From contig JAQGDQ010000035.1 in assembly GCA_030141605.1 (NCBI GenBank), positions 930,001 through 994,000 of the forward strand: 64,000 bases of DNA. The letters are read 5' to 3'. Under the pieces are notes generated by a model. That model saw only the letters and a list, made by a program, of their open reading frames with translations, was not told the origin of the DNA and made no database searches. This stretch comes from Tubiluchus corallicola. Taxonomy: Eukaryota; Animalia; Priapulida. Numbering within the stretch: the stretch's first letter is position 1; the number at the start of each line of letters is the position of its first letter. This document shows, piece after piece, positions 58,301-64,000 of this stretch. A program made the position numbers and the translations under genes.

Positions 58301-58753
58301 GCTATAATTGTCTATTAAAATAAGGAAATATATGTATAATGTGGCCAAGATACTGCGGCTGATTCAATGACCCATCTTTGTGAGTTAGCCTCGATGATAA
58401 TATGCCGGGTTCCCTCTCGTCACAAACTTCATCATCTCATCAACATTGACTAGGCCCTGTCGTTGAAGATCGAACACTGGGTTACATCATCATTATAGAT
58501 CTTTTTTGTTTGTTTTCAGGGGTTATTTATTTTTTTATTTCATTGTGCATTTAACAAGCAAGTACGTGATGCAGCAAATGAACGTTGGCGACAAATCCAT
58601 GTCAGTACGACATTTCAATTTGGATCTCGTTCTCATACACGAACAACATGTGTTACAGCTACTTCTGAGCCTAGCAGCAACAACTCAGCTGAGGGAAAAT
58701 CCAAGAGAGCGGTAATAGATTTATACAGGGAGTGTGATTTTAACAATGCATGA
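2517..58753 (+). CDS. Adhesion GPCR (GAIN/GPS + 7TM class B2), 5'-partial, 10 exons: 2517-2643, 3031-3077, 20098-20224, 22483-22577, 22778-22877, 35906-36059, 37454-37593, 40348-40433, 47096-47222, 58520-58753
   Basis: Hand-spliced exons, all with AG/GT boundaries and matching phases, give an open frame: ...VVNSLVVDV...PLSITFKHK / PRCSFWNF / GAWSTRGC...[13 protein letters not shown] / TM1 [12 protein letters not shown] / TM2 LLNLCASL / TM3 [13 protein letters not shown] / WGLPAII...CWL / TM5 / LLGLTWVFG / [28 protein letters not shown]...stop. These motifs are diagnostic of adhesion GPCRs. Subfamily (latrophilin/ADGRD-like) is not resolvable by eye. Confidence 0.95.
2811..2898. repeat. Short ~11-bp tandem repeat (TACCTGATGTC)
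   Basis: About six degenerate copies visible. Confidence 0.75.
3031..3077 (+). CDS. aGPCR exon 2: first half of GPS motif
   Basis: ttttacag|GAA...ATA AA|gtaagt; [15 protein letters not shown] (CxFW motif). Confidence 0.92.
3720..7310 (-). mobile_element. Near full-length decayed RTE-X-like LINE (ORF1 end, APE, RT, C-terminal zinc finger, simple-repeat tail)
   Basis: ORF1-like 6881-7300; [19 protein letters not shown] (6679-6948) and LLGDLNART; RT YRGIAI (5336-5710), LLLMDDTVL (~4960-4985), YVYLG; [23 protein letters not shown] (4045-4135); minus-strand AATAAA followed by (CCACTA)n tail at 3735-3795. Confidence 0.85.
7311..10200 (-). mobile_element. BEL/Pao LTR retrotransposon internal region, decayed and truncated
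   Basis: Domain order PR-RT-RH-IN on minus: protease-like 9766-10149 (SSRLGWLLG), RT 9038-9364 ([16 protein letters not shown]), RNase H/A17 8021-8677 ([22 protein letters not shown]), integrase 7406-7783 ([23 protein letters not shown]). LTRs not identified. Confidence 0.92.
11173..11328 (+). repeat. ~155-bp LTR-like/hairpin mini-element, copy 1
   Basis: Shares TTACGGAACAGGT, CATTCCATACCAGCTA..TATAGCTGCTATGCAA, TGGCTTCGTAATGG and GAAAATAAATGGCA with 17539-17690. Confidence 0.7.
11330..11760 (-). mobile_element. Probable 3' RT remnant of the CR1 element at 14225-17420
   Basis: Degenerate minus-strand translation resembling the CR1 RT C-terminus (..[11 protein letters not shown]..); heavily decayed. 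Confidence 0.4.
12063..14224 (+). mobile_element. Gypsy (Mag-like) LTR retrotransposon, internally deleted
   Basis: 5' LTR 12063-12370 (TGTTGTG...CACAATA, TATA-like tatataa); PBS TGGCGCAGTCGACGGGAT at 12376 (tRNA-Ser-like); gag 12431-13400 ([16 protein letters not shown], CxxC knuckle); protease 13428-13691; RT start to ~14160, fused directly to the last 61 bp of the 3' LTR (14164-14224). No TSD found. Confidence 0.92.
14598..15260. mobile_element. Non-autonomous Kolobok-like DNA transposon (TTAA target)
   Basis: TTAA|AGCACAAGAAAA...TTTTCTTGTCCT|TCAA imperfect TIRs. Removing it rejoins the CR1 RT frame (..[12 protein letters not shown]..). Confidence 0.75.
16210..16485 (-). mobile_element. 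Possible solo LTR nested in CR1
   Basis: GC-richer non-CR1 insert with reverse poly(A) signal (tttatt ~16272); termini unclear. Confidence 0.35.
17539..17690 (+). repeat. ~150-bp LTR-like/hairpin mini-element, copy 2
   Basis: Perfect 8-bp terminal inverted repeat TGTTACGG...CCGTAACA, AATAAA near 3' end, homologous to 11173-11328. Confidence 0.75.
17760..18600 (+). mobile_element. Highly decayed L2/CR1-group LINE fragment
   Basis: Remnants YLENRKQ (18482) and GPLLF..YID (18525), plus WxIIN-type linker motifs. Confidence 0.55.
18618..19310 (-). mobile_element. Non-autonomous Helitron
   Basis: Minus-strand 3' end: hairpin CGCAAA-TT-TTTGCG (18631-18644), then ~10 nt, then CTAG|T; (TA)n tract at the other end (19262-19308). 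Confidence 0.7.
20098..20224 (+). CDS. aGPCR exon 3: GPS cleavage site and Stachel/tethered agonist
   Basis: tttcag|T TTG...GCG AGT|gtatgt; [43 protein letters not shown]. Confidence 0.95.
20435..20521. repeat. 31-bp tandem repeat, ~2.8 copies
   Basis: TACAAAGGCACAAAATGTCATAACACTCAAA at 20435, 20466 and 20497. Confidence 0.9.
20600..22085 (+). mobile_element. 5'-truncated LINE (RTE-X-like) RT to 3' UTR, sense to host gene
   Basis: NYRAISLTS (20759-21007), [14 protein letters not shown]...GYADDVTL (21107-21457), HLGH, FYG; AATAAA at ~22069. Confidence 0.85.
22355..22430. repeat. Compound (CAG)n(TAG)n(TAT)n microsatellite
   Basis: Directly visible, about 50 nt upstream of the exon 4 acceptor. 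Confidence 0.9.
22483..22577 (+). CDS. aGPCR exon 4: TM1
   Basis: ttttcag|AAA...TGG AG|gtaatt; [32 protein letters not shown]. Confidence 0.93.
22778..22877 (+). CDS. aGPCR exon 5: ICL1-TM2
   Basis: tatacag|A AAC...AAC AAG|gtaagt; [33 protein letters not shown]. Confidence 0.93.
23424..23822 (-). repeat. (CA)~40 tract plus 319-bp left arm of an inverted repeat
   Basis: 23504-23822 is the reverse complement of 35352-35670, with about 10 mismatches counted by eye. Confidence 0.95.
29000..32550 (+). mobile_element. L2/Crack-group LINE with long open ORF1 and internally deleted ORF2
   Basis: ORF1 29346-30359; [31 protein letters not shown] (30360-30830); [39 protein letters not shown]; C-terminal WNNLP; tail ATAAATAAATAAAGTGTAAAG ~32525-32550. 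Confidence 0.93.
29346..30359 (+). CDS. LINE ORF1 protein (N-terminal Cys-pair finger, coiled coil, C-terminal zinc knuckle), C-terminally truncated
   Basis: 337-aa open ORF: CQSC..CDRC, heptad-rich segment, [20 protein letters not shown]; begins at a TTG, so the true start is uncertain. Confidence 0.8.
   Translation: MSGRKSCQSCKKSQNPVSLPENGDILCDRCASQIENFSITSVTWKNLNNCINSLSKEIKSMRTELKKIKGNNTGLSTNITELKTEIIQLKVETLSMQPDEVIDKLNGIINALDKKMNNPKPTYSAMVGLSTGSANNTIVKSNHVVSTKMPYDPNRTVIIDNVKDPHRATNSAIIKKNVCEHFPRTKFDSAFRTAKGKIQIQLCDTETADTIIRNRKPYHLGTNTNARKPVKQHLGLLRDCDTSLSDDELLTDVKYMYPKAEIERFKRKSGKVLPVVKVKFTSEVDIDNAVKNGIPIGNMICGVEVFNAKQSPLRCYNCQKFRHVSQWCDQPVKCGKC
35257..35748 (+). repeat. 319-bp right arm of inverted repeat (35352-35670) flanked by (TG)n and (TG)n(CGTG)n tracts
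   Basis: Reverse complement of 23504-23822; (TG)n at 35257-35288 and from 35671. Confidence 0.95.
35906..36059 (+). CDS. aGPCR exon 6: TM3-ICL2-TM4 start
   Basis: gatag|GTT...TGG G|gtaagt; [52 protein letters not shown] (overlaps ORF 35933..36244). Confidence 0.93.
36123..36870 (-). mobile_element. MULE/Mutator-like remnant with 15-bp subterminal repeats
   Basis: AAAAATGGCACAGG-type repeats at 36134-36202; minus-strand [11 protein letters not shown] (~36699-36735) resembles the MULE transposase PRTNNxxExxH motif. Confidence 0.5.
37225..37365. repeat. AT-rich microsatellites (TA)n/(TTTA)n/(TAT)n
   Basis: Directly visible. Confidence 0.9.
37454..37593 (+). CDS. aGPCR exon 7: TM4-ECL2-TM5
   Basis: tttcag|GT TTG...GTG|gtaagt; [46 protein letters not shown] (GYG..CWL motif). 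Confidence 0.95.
38183..38412. repeat. ~21-bp minisatellite (TCAAAAGTGCACAGCAAAAAA), ~11 copies
   Basis: Periodic ORFs SKVHSKK/KCTAKNQ reflect the 21-nt period. Confidence 0.9.
38640..39190 (+). mobile_element. LINE ORF2 fragment (pre-RT linker)
   Basis: FWREYKK; [28 protein letters not shown] (39084-39180). Confidence 0.65.
39990..40254. mobile_element. Right end of a pogo/Tc1-mariner-like MITE
   Basis: Repeated GTCCGACATTACCC motif (39999, 40043, 40230) ending ...CCGTTTTACCCTA followed by a TA run; left end not found. Confidence 0.4.
40348..40433 (+). CDS. aGPCR exon 8: TM5 end-ICL3
   Basis: ctgcag|GCA...GCA AG|gtaaac; [28 protein letters not shown]. Confidence 0.9.
40987..45562 (+). mobile_element. 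Decayed Gypsy (Mag-like) element with diverged ~140-bp LTRs
   Basis: LTR pair ~40987-41125 and ~45426-45562; PBS TGGTGTCAGAAGTGGGA (tRNA-Leu) at 41130; gag GNLAENW, protease, [51 protein letters not shown]; CTTGTG occurs at both outer flanks. Confidence 0.85.
44075..44930 (+). mobile_element. TRIM-like mini LTR element (856 bp) nested in Gypsy
   Basis: LTRs 44075-44206 and 44798-44930 (TGTTAC...AACA); PBS TGGTGTCAGAAG at 44207; PPT AAAAAAAAGGGAGGA at 44783-44797; perfect 5-bp TSD GGTGC; gag N-terminal remnant [20 protein letters not shown]. Confidence 0.95.
45815..46545 (-). mobile_element. L2-like LINE 3' end, interrupted by a CAGTGGCGG-starting (hAT-like) insert at ~45902
   Basis: [14 protein letters not shown] (46333-46542); TTTATATAGCGC-type 3' end with (TGTAA)n tail at 45815-45848. 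Confidence 0.6.
47096..47222 (+). CDS. aGPCR exon 9: TM6-TM7
   Basis: tttcag|C ACT...TTG CAG|gtactt; [42 protein letters not shown]. Confidence 0.95.
47465..47960. mobile_element. Helentron-associated (HINE/DINE-like) non-autonomous repeat
   Basis: TTTTAGCCAGCCTGTGAGCTATT start and internal GGTCAAAAGGTTAAAGGTCAAGGTCAC motifs, typical of these invertebrate repeats; boundaries approximate. Confidence 0.4.
49270..49340. repeat. (TA)n(TG)n(TGCG)n microsatellite
   Basis: Directly visible. Confidence 0.9.
50380..53100 (-). mobile_element. Heavily deleted Gypsy remnant (gag fused to RNase H), split by a solo LTR
   Basis: Minus strand: gag-like [14 protein letters not shown] (~52380-52460), degenerate tandem repeats 52550-52870, [23 protein letters not shown] (51905-51980) continuing after the insert as [30 protein letters not shown] (50430-50566). 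Confidence 0.75.
50567..51904 (-). mobile_element. Long solo LTR, copy 1 (TG...TA termini, 4-bp TSD GTAC)
   Basis: GTAC|TATCACG...TTCACGACA|GTAC; removal restores the RNase H frame; reverse TATA (~51403) and AATAAA (50938-50943). Confidence 0.85.
53513..53671. repeat. Two adjacent perfect palindromes (54-bp and 21-bp arms, both with CAAT loops)
   Basis: 53513-53566 / CAAT / 53571-53624 and 53626-53646 / CAAT / 53651-53671. Confidence 0.97.
55650..56342 (-). mobile_element. 5'-truncated L2-like 3' end nested in the LINE, bounded by (TAAAC)n
   Basis: TAAACTAAACTAAAC at both ends; minus-strand SGIQYKG..WN-like remnant at ~56045-56105. Confidence 0.45.
57335..57825. repeat. Degenerate tandem repeats (~125-bp duplication plus ~33-bp minisatellite)
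   Basis: TTTTTAGC..ATGACATC.GTTCTAT at 57338 and 57464; repeated CTGTTTCCAGG.AAATGA.CACA.CAGGTCA units 57580-57820. Confidence 0.6.
58520..58753 (+). CDS. aGPCR exon 10 (probable terminal): TM7 end, helix 8, Ser/Thr-rich tail
   Basis: ttttcag|GGG TTA...; [25 protein letters not shown]...YRECDFNNA* (TGA 58751-58753). A possible donor GCG|gtaata at 58711 makes the exact 3' end less certain. Confidence 0.85.
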   Translation, partial: GLFIFLFHCAFNKQVRDAANERWRQIHVSTTFQFGSRSHTRTTCVTATSEPSSNNSAEGKSKRAVIDLYRECDFNNA

Positions 58754-59685
58754 TTTTGGCAAGAACGCATATAATTGACCTTAATCTGAAAATTGTCAAC
58801 CTTTCTGTGCAAGAATGTTTGTCATTTTCAATGTAGGAGCTAAGACGCCTAATTTTCTGTCCTATCCCTATTTACAAATGTATCTCCTGTGAGCTTAACA
58901 TCGTTTTGTGTCTAATATTCTGTATAAGTACGACGTCAAATGAACGAAATATAACAAATTTTAAACTACAATTTCTGAAAGACTTGAGAAACGCATCATA
59001 AATGGCAGCGCCTCTTAGTAAAGTGAACACAAGCACTCACGTGCACTAGAAACAATGAAAAATTTATGGCTATGGTAAAAATTGCCAGAAATAACAGAAG
59101 CAATTTTTTGTTCGTTGATTTAAATTAAAAGTTACTAAAATCAATGATAAACTTATAAACTGCCCTCTTTAATGACAGCACTGGTTTTCTAGGGCAAACT
59201 TCCATTGAAAGCCAGGAATGCTGCAGTGGCATGACTCCTATTTAGGAAGAATTTAAATTTTAATGTTTGAAAGTACATTTATTTGAAAATTATAGTGTTT
59301 GAAGTTCTGCGTAAAAGTTTGACGCTATAAATGCCCAGAAAACGGAAACTTTCAATTATTCATTTTGAGGCAATGATTAGCATTATTCAACAAGATAAAC
59401 ATTAAATTTCATCGTCTATACCTAAATGTAAGTAGTTTGTTAAAAGAACATAATGATATATATGAAAATGATCTCATGTTACTATTTCAGTGATCTGTAA
59501 ACAAAAGTCCAAGCTTACATAGTATAGCATACCTACAAAATAATGATTTTTCTAAAAGGCTGTATAAATTGACAAATTTTACATGTACATTCAAACTGCA
59601 AATAACTTTTGTGACAACTTGGCCTACAATGCTACACGAACGATTATTAGTAATTCATGAATGAAGACATTCAAAATAGGCTTAA

Positions 59686-62317
59686 AGCAGCGCTGAAGGG
59701 AAAACATGATAGGGTGTCAAGATGTAGTTTAGAAGTTACTGATAGCCATATCATATTTAAAAACTGACGAAAAGCTTAGTACAGGCAAAAATAAACTGTA
59801 TTAGTATCGTGACGTCACTTGTATCTCTAGCACATTCAACAATGCACGTGCACACGAGGTAAAACATAAGCAAAAATATATCATATTATATCAATATTTT
59901 TCTGGCTGAATTTACTCAAATTACACCAGACTACACATCAGAAACGCCCAAAAGTAATTTTTAAATACACCAAGTAGGAGGTAATCGATTTACTGATTAA
60001 ACTTTAGCTGTATGGAAACTACGAGTTATGAGTCAAACCTCATATGGTGTTTCAATAAGCTGTATGAACAATATAAGGGTGACGAGTGTACTGCAACGTA
60101 CTCGTCTTTCAGTTTAGTGGAGTATTTGTAGTTCAGCTTAACAGAGAATCTGAAACTTGTTACCTTCAGACATTAGCAGCAGCAAACTTGTTAGTATGCT
60201 TGTTCAGTCAACATAATTATTTAACCAAATTGAGAGCGTGTGAGAAGTCATTAAATAGTTATAATAATGGGCAAAGTCAAAAGACATTTATTTTCCGTTG
60301 CTCAGATAACGAACAAAAGCCAATAATGCCTAAAACCAGCAAACACTATGTTTCTCATCCGCACAATCGACGCTGGCAGTGAAACATTTAAAAAGCAGGA
60401 ATGATCAGAAATCAGCAAATTTAGCAGTGCAGCAATAATAAAACAGCTCAGCGAGAGATACTAGTGACGTCATTCTCAAACTTTCGTACTCTGTTATCGT
60501 GCTCTTCTTCAATTAGTCCTGTTATTGTACTCGTTATCATATATAATTAATCTCTCTGATTAATATTGATCCTTTTCTCTCTCTCGTGATAGTATAACAC
60601 GTGACCTGAAGAGACACACGACTTATTTGAAGAGTGATTCGCTTCTATTACACTAATTGCTATAAGGTTATTTATAACCTGGCTCCTAGAGCTTAAGATA
60701 AGTCTATAGGGCTATGATCTTGTCCCACAAGACTATTTCTACGACTCCGCGTTGTGATTAAAGTCTTTATCTCTACGCAGCGAATCTTCAGAATCGTTTA
60801 CCGAATTTAAGGTTGCTTAACTGAAGCACCTATAAGCATACATAAACCAGTTCTTTAAGTTAAAGTGAAATCATTTATTGTTTGACAACGATTACTCTTA
60901 GTCAACTAATATTACAATGTTTGATCTTAATTGCCTTTCGACGCTCACAAATAATAGTTAGCTCCAAGAGACACTAATCAGATTCACTTAACTATTTCTT
61001 TGCTTCGCACTTAAGGGGCTAATTACAAAGTGAAGTATGCAATTACAATCAACTATACGTTACACTTAAGGTGTCTATTATACTGTGATTTTCTACTATG
61101 CAGAGTTGCTCTCAAGTTACAATATGTTAAGATCACTTAACTTGGTGGAATGACCAATGACAACTGTTCAATTGGTCAAATCCAATTCCGATGCAAGACT
61201 GATTCGCAGATCCAGTGCTCAATTAGTTGAGGACGCAGATTGTTGTCTACGCTGGTCTAACGTGTCTTTGCTTCTTTCAGAATTCCTGTAGCCTCCCCAG
61301 ACTTGGTACTTGGTCCTCTCGCTTCTGAACCCACTCACGTCTGACAAACTGACTCACTTTCGATTCACATCCGACTAGCAACGTGTTCCTCCAAACATCA
61401 TCTTTTATACCCAAACGGAGTTTTCGTAACATTGCGCGCGAACGCTGCAACATGTCGCAATAGTTCAAAGGTTACATCCTTGGCTTGGTGGTTTACAACC
61501 ATCCAGGTGGCTGATAACGTAACTTCTTACATGAGAAAACACCGCTATTCGACTTTCCGTCCTTCACATCATCAACCCTAGAGATTGTTCCCTGCGTCGC
61601 TTGGGCTATAAACGTCTCTTCCAAGGAAAAACCACTCTCCGCTACTTCTTAATTATAGATGGCAACTCTACATAACATTACATGAGGCTATTATCTAACC
61701 ACGCAAAGTTATAAAAATAAGCTTTGCTTCACCTGAACTAAACACCTGCAAACTCCTACGCTTTCTTAAATGAACACCTGTTCGAAATCTAATAAACTCT
61801 AACATCTCTGTGAAGATAATTTTGCTTCTCATTAAACATAGTACCTCAACCAGCTAAGTGAGTTCCCATAATCTTTCAATAAATTTATCTAATCCAATTA
61901 GGAGGTATCTGCTTCATCAACATAATCTAATGTAGTTGATAACTCCATTAATTAATCACTTAATTCATGATTCTGAAATTTATTCATAACACTGTGCCTC
62001 GTTACTAAAGGACAAAAAAGATCAAAGACACTTATTTACAGTCGCTATGACAACAGACAACATTAACCATAGGCTACTATAAGCGACTCTTAACGAATAC
62101 AACAACTGAGATGCCACAAATATATAACACAGGTAACAACTGTTTGTGCCAGTACAGGTGGTTGTAAGATTCAAACTCGGACTGCAAGCAGAGAAGCACC
62201 CACGGTCCGTTACCATAACCACACAAATTTTTTCTCGCCAGTCGCATATAGTGGATTGAATTAGTTGAGGACAAAAGTGTGATTTGAGCTTAACATTAAA
62301 AATGCCTTCAGCGCTGC
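59686..62317. mobile_element. Kolobok-like non-autonomous DNA transposon carrying a nested solo LTR
   Basis: TTAA|A then 13-bp TIR GCAGCGCTGAAGG (59687-59699) and CCTTCAGCGCTGC (62305-62317); right TTAA not preserved. Confidence 0.5.
60495..61991 (-). mobile_element. Long solo LTR, copy 2 (TG...TA termini, 4-bp TSD CTGT)
   Basis: CTGT|TATCGTG...TTCATAACA|CTGT; colinear homology with 50567-51904 (CCTGGCTCC, CACTTAACTTGGTGGA, AATTTATTCA). Confidence 0.8.
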
Positions 62318-62519
62318 ACACATCGTCCAATGCTAACAAACCGTGTTAATGATCCATGTAACGAACACCCAGAACGCTGAATTAGGTCCATGTGCAAAAT
62401 AAAAAAAAATTGCAAACTTTATTAATGTTTTTGCAATTTTATTCCAATATGCATATTCCAAACGTAAGTACGAGTATGCTAATATTAATTTCACATGCTT
62501 GATTGTCGAATTCTTGTCA

Positions 62520-63195
62520 AATCATCAGCAGTGTGTCCAGGTCAAAGTCTGTTATTGTCGTTCCTGCTTAGTCACAGGTGGGGTGCCAGTACTTACTGTT
62601 ATCGTTATTGTTTTTACTGTCAGTTAGCTTTATTCGCAAAATGTTTGTTGACGATACCAGGCTAATATGTGACACTCGCACACTGGCAGACCCACTTGAC
62701 AAAATGACATTATTTCCCTGAACGAGTATACGAATTCGATTGTTTTAGAACGCAACCCACTAAAGACAAAGATAATTCACTTTGGTAGGAACAACCCGTG
62801 TTATGATTACTTTCTTGCTGACATACCAATAGAAGCAGTGGATTGCCACCTAGATCTTGTTGTATACTTTTCTTCAGATATTACTCGAAGCTGTCATATT
62901 AAATATATTGCTAGTCGTGCTTATCGTATAAATGGCCTGGAACACTATCACTTTGAGTTTACTGAACCAGTGATGTTTACAAATTTATATAAGCAGATAA
63001 TACACCCAAGAGTTGAATATACAGCACCTGTTTGGCCCCCAATAGAGAGGGTCTAGTGGCATACGACCAAGTTAGTAACCGCACTTCGCAATTAGAAGTA
63101 CACCCAAAGATTACAAGAATTTAAGCTTCCAACGCTTATATACCGGCAAATTAGAGTGATATGATAAACGTTTACAAGTTTGTCCACTTGTAAAG
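62520..63195 (+). mobile_element. CR1 LINE RT C-terminal fragment
   Basis: VTGGVP, FVDDT, IHFGRNNP, PRVEYTAPVWPP, DMINVYK remnants. Confidence 0.8.
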
Positions 63196-64000
63196 TATAA
63201 CAAATGTAGGTCTAAGCTTCACTTTGCGACACGACATGTCGCTTGTTAATCTTGTACAAACAACCTTTGTACATGAATCATTCACACCACTGATTGCTTA
63301 AAGACAATTGATTTTGGCATTCGTTCAATTGCCCGACTCCGAGGGCTTAGGTCAAGTTGATAGGGCTATGATATTGTCCCACACAACTGTAACCACGAAA
63401 TATTGCGTTGTGAGGATAAATCTTTGTCCCTCGAGTTTTCAAGCTGGCTCCCGCAATGAGCCTTACAGTGTGAATCTATCAGGTTCGATCAAGGATTTAG
63501 TGACTTGACGATTATGAGCCTTAAGTAACTCTTTAAACATTAAACAACTCGATAGTTACGTTAAATTTAAGAAAGATTTATTGTAATTGAATTTACAATA
63601 CAGATCCAAGTTCTAAGATAAGTACAAAGCTTTTCTTATGCGCTGATGGGCGCTTACAATTAACGCTCTAATCCAAAGAGATAATTCCAATCATAAAATA
63701 TTACACAAGCTGTAATGTTTGCACTTATGGTGCTAAAGTTACTCTGTAATTACAATTCACAAAAACTGTTACAGCATCAGAGTATAAAGTAAATCTACTT
63801 AACTTGAGGACTGGCCAACCTAACAATCGTTATTGGCCAGATCCTGATTCCTGAACGAGACTTCTCTGCATCAGTGATTTGTCGAAGCAAATGACGCAGT
63901 ATTATTACTACGCTGAGCTAAAGATACGTCTTGTAAAAGATCGTCTCGTCGAAGTAAACGGCAACACACCTCTCTCCAATTCAGCAACCTCTCTCTCTCT
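63196..64000 (-). mobile_element. Long LTR, copy 3 (runs off the window)
   Basis: Homologous blocks CTCCGAGGGCTT, GGGCTATGATATTGTCCCAC, ACTTAACTTG.GGA; begins TATAACA where the CR1 fragment stops. Confidence 0.7.

Noticed and set aside
62022-62339. Cys-rich minus ORF as a THAP domain of a Kolobok element
   Set aside because: The THAP C2CH/FP/W signature cannot be aligned convincingly.
1-64000. Hammerhead ribozymes/Penelope elements, rRNA/tRNA genes, prokaryotic systems, and a global antisense bias of TEs
   Set aside because: The CTGATGA hits inspected lack hammerhead stems; no RNA gene or operon-like structure was seen; TEs occur on both strands in comparable amounts.

Overview
AT-rich animal genomic DNA, probably invertebrate (lophotrochozoan-like repeat content). 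The window holds the 3' part of one host gene on the + strand, which the ORF track largely misses. It is an adhesion-class GPCR (GAIN/GPS + secretin-type 7TM) reconstructed by hand as 10 GT-AG exons with compatible phases, from 2517 to the stop at 58753 (1237 coding nt); the 5' exons lie upstream of the window. The introns (up to about 17 kb) are filled with nested, decayed transposons: CR1/L2/RTE-X-type LINEs, a BEL/Pao element, several Gypsy derivatives, a TRIM-like mini LTR element, solo LTRs, Kolobok-like TTAA elements, a Helitron and a MULE remnant. The most unusual structures are: (1) a 319-bp, ~97% identical inverted repeat extended by complementary (CA)n/(TG)n tracts that brackets the 13-kb intron 5 and could loop out about 11.5 kb of TE-rich sequence; (2) two back-to-back perfect palindromes (54-bp and 21-bp arms) with the same CAAT loop; (3) three related long solo-LTR-like elements with non-canonical TG...TA ends, two with 4-bp TSDs; (4) atypical residues in the receptor (H-V/T GPS site, joint loss of the TM2 His and TM3 Trp/Glu). 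All translations and alignments were done by eye and no database search was run.
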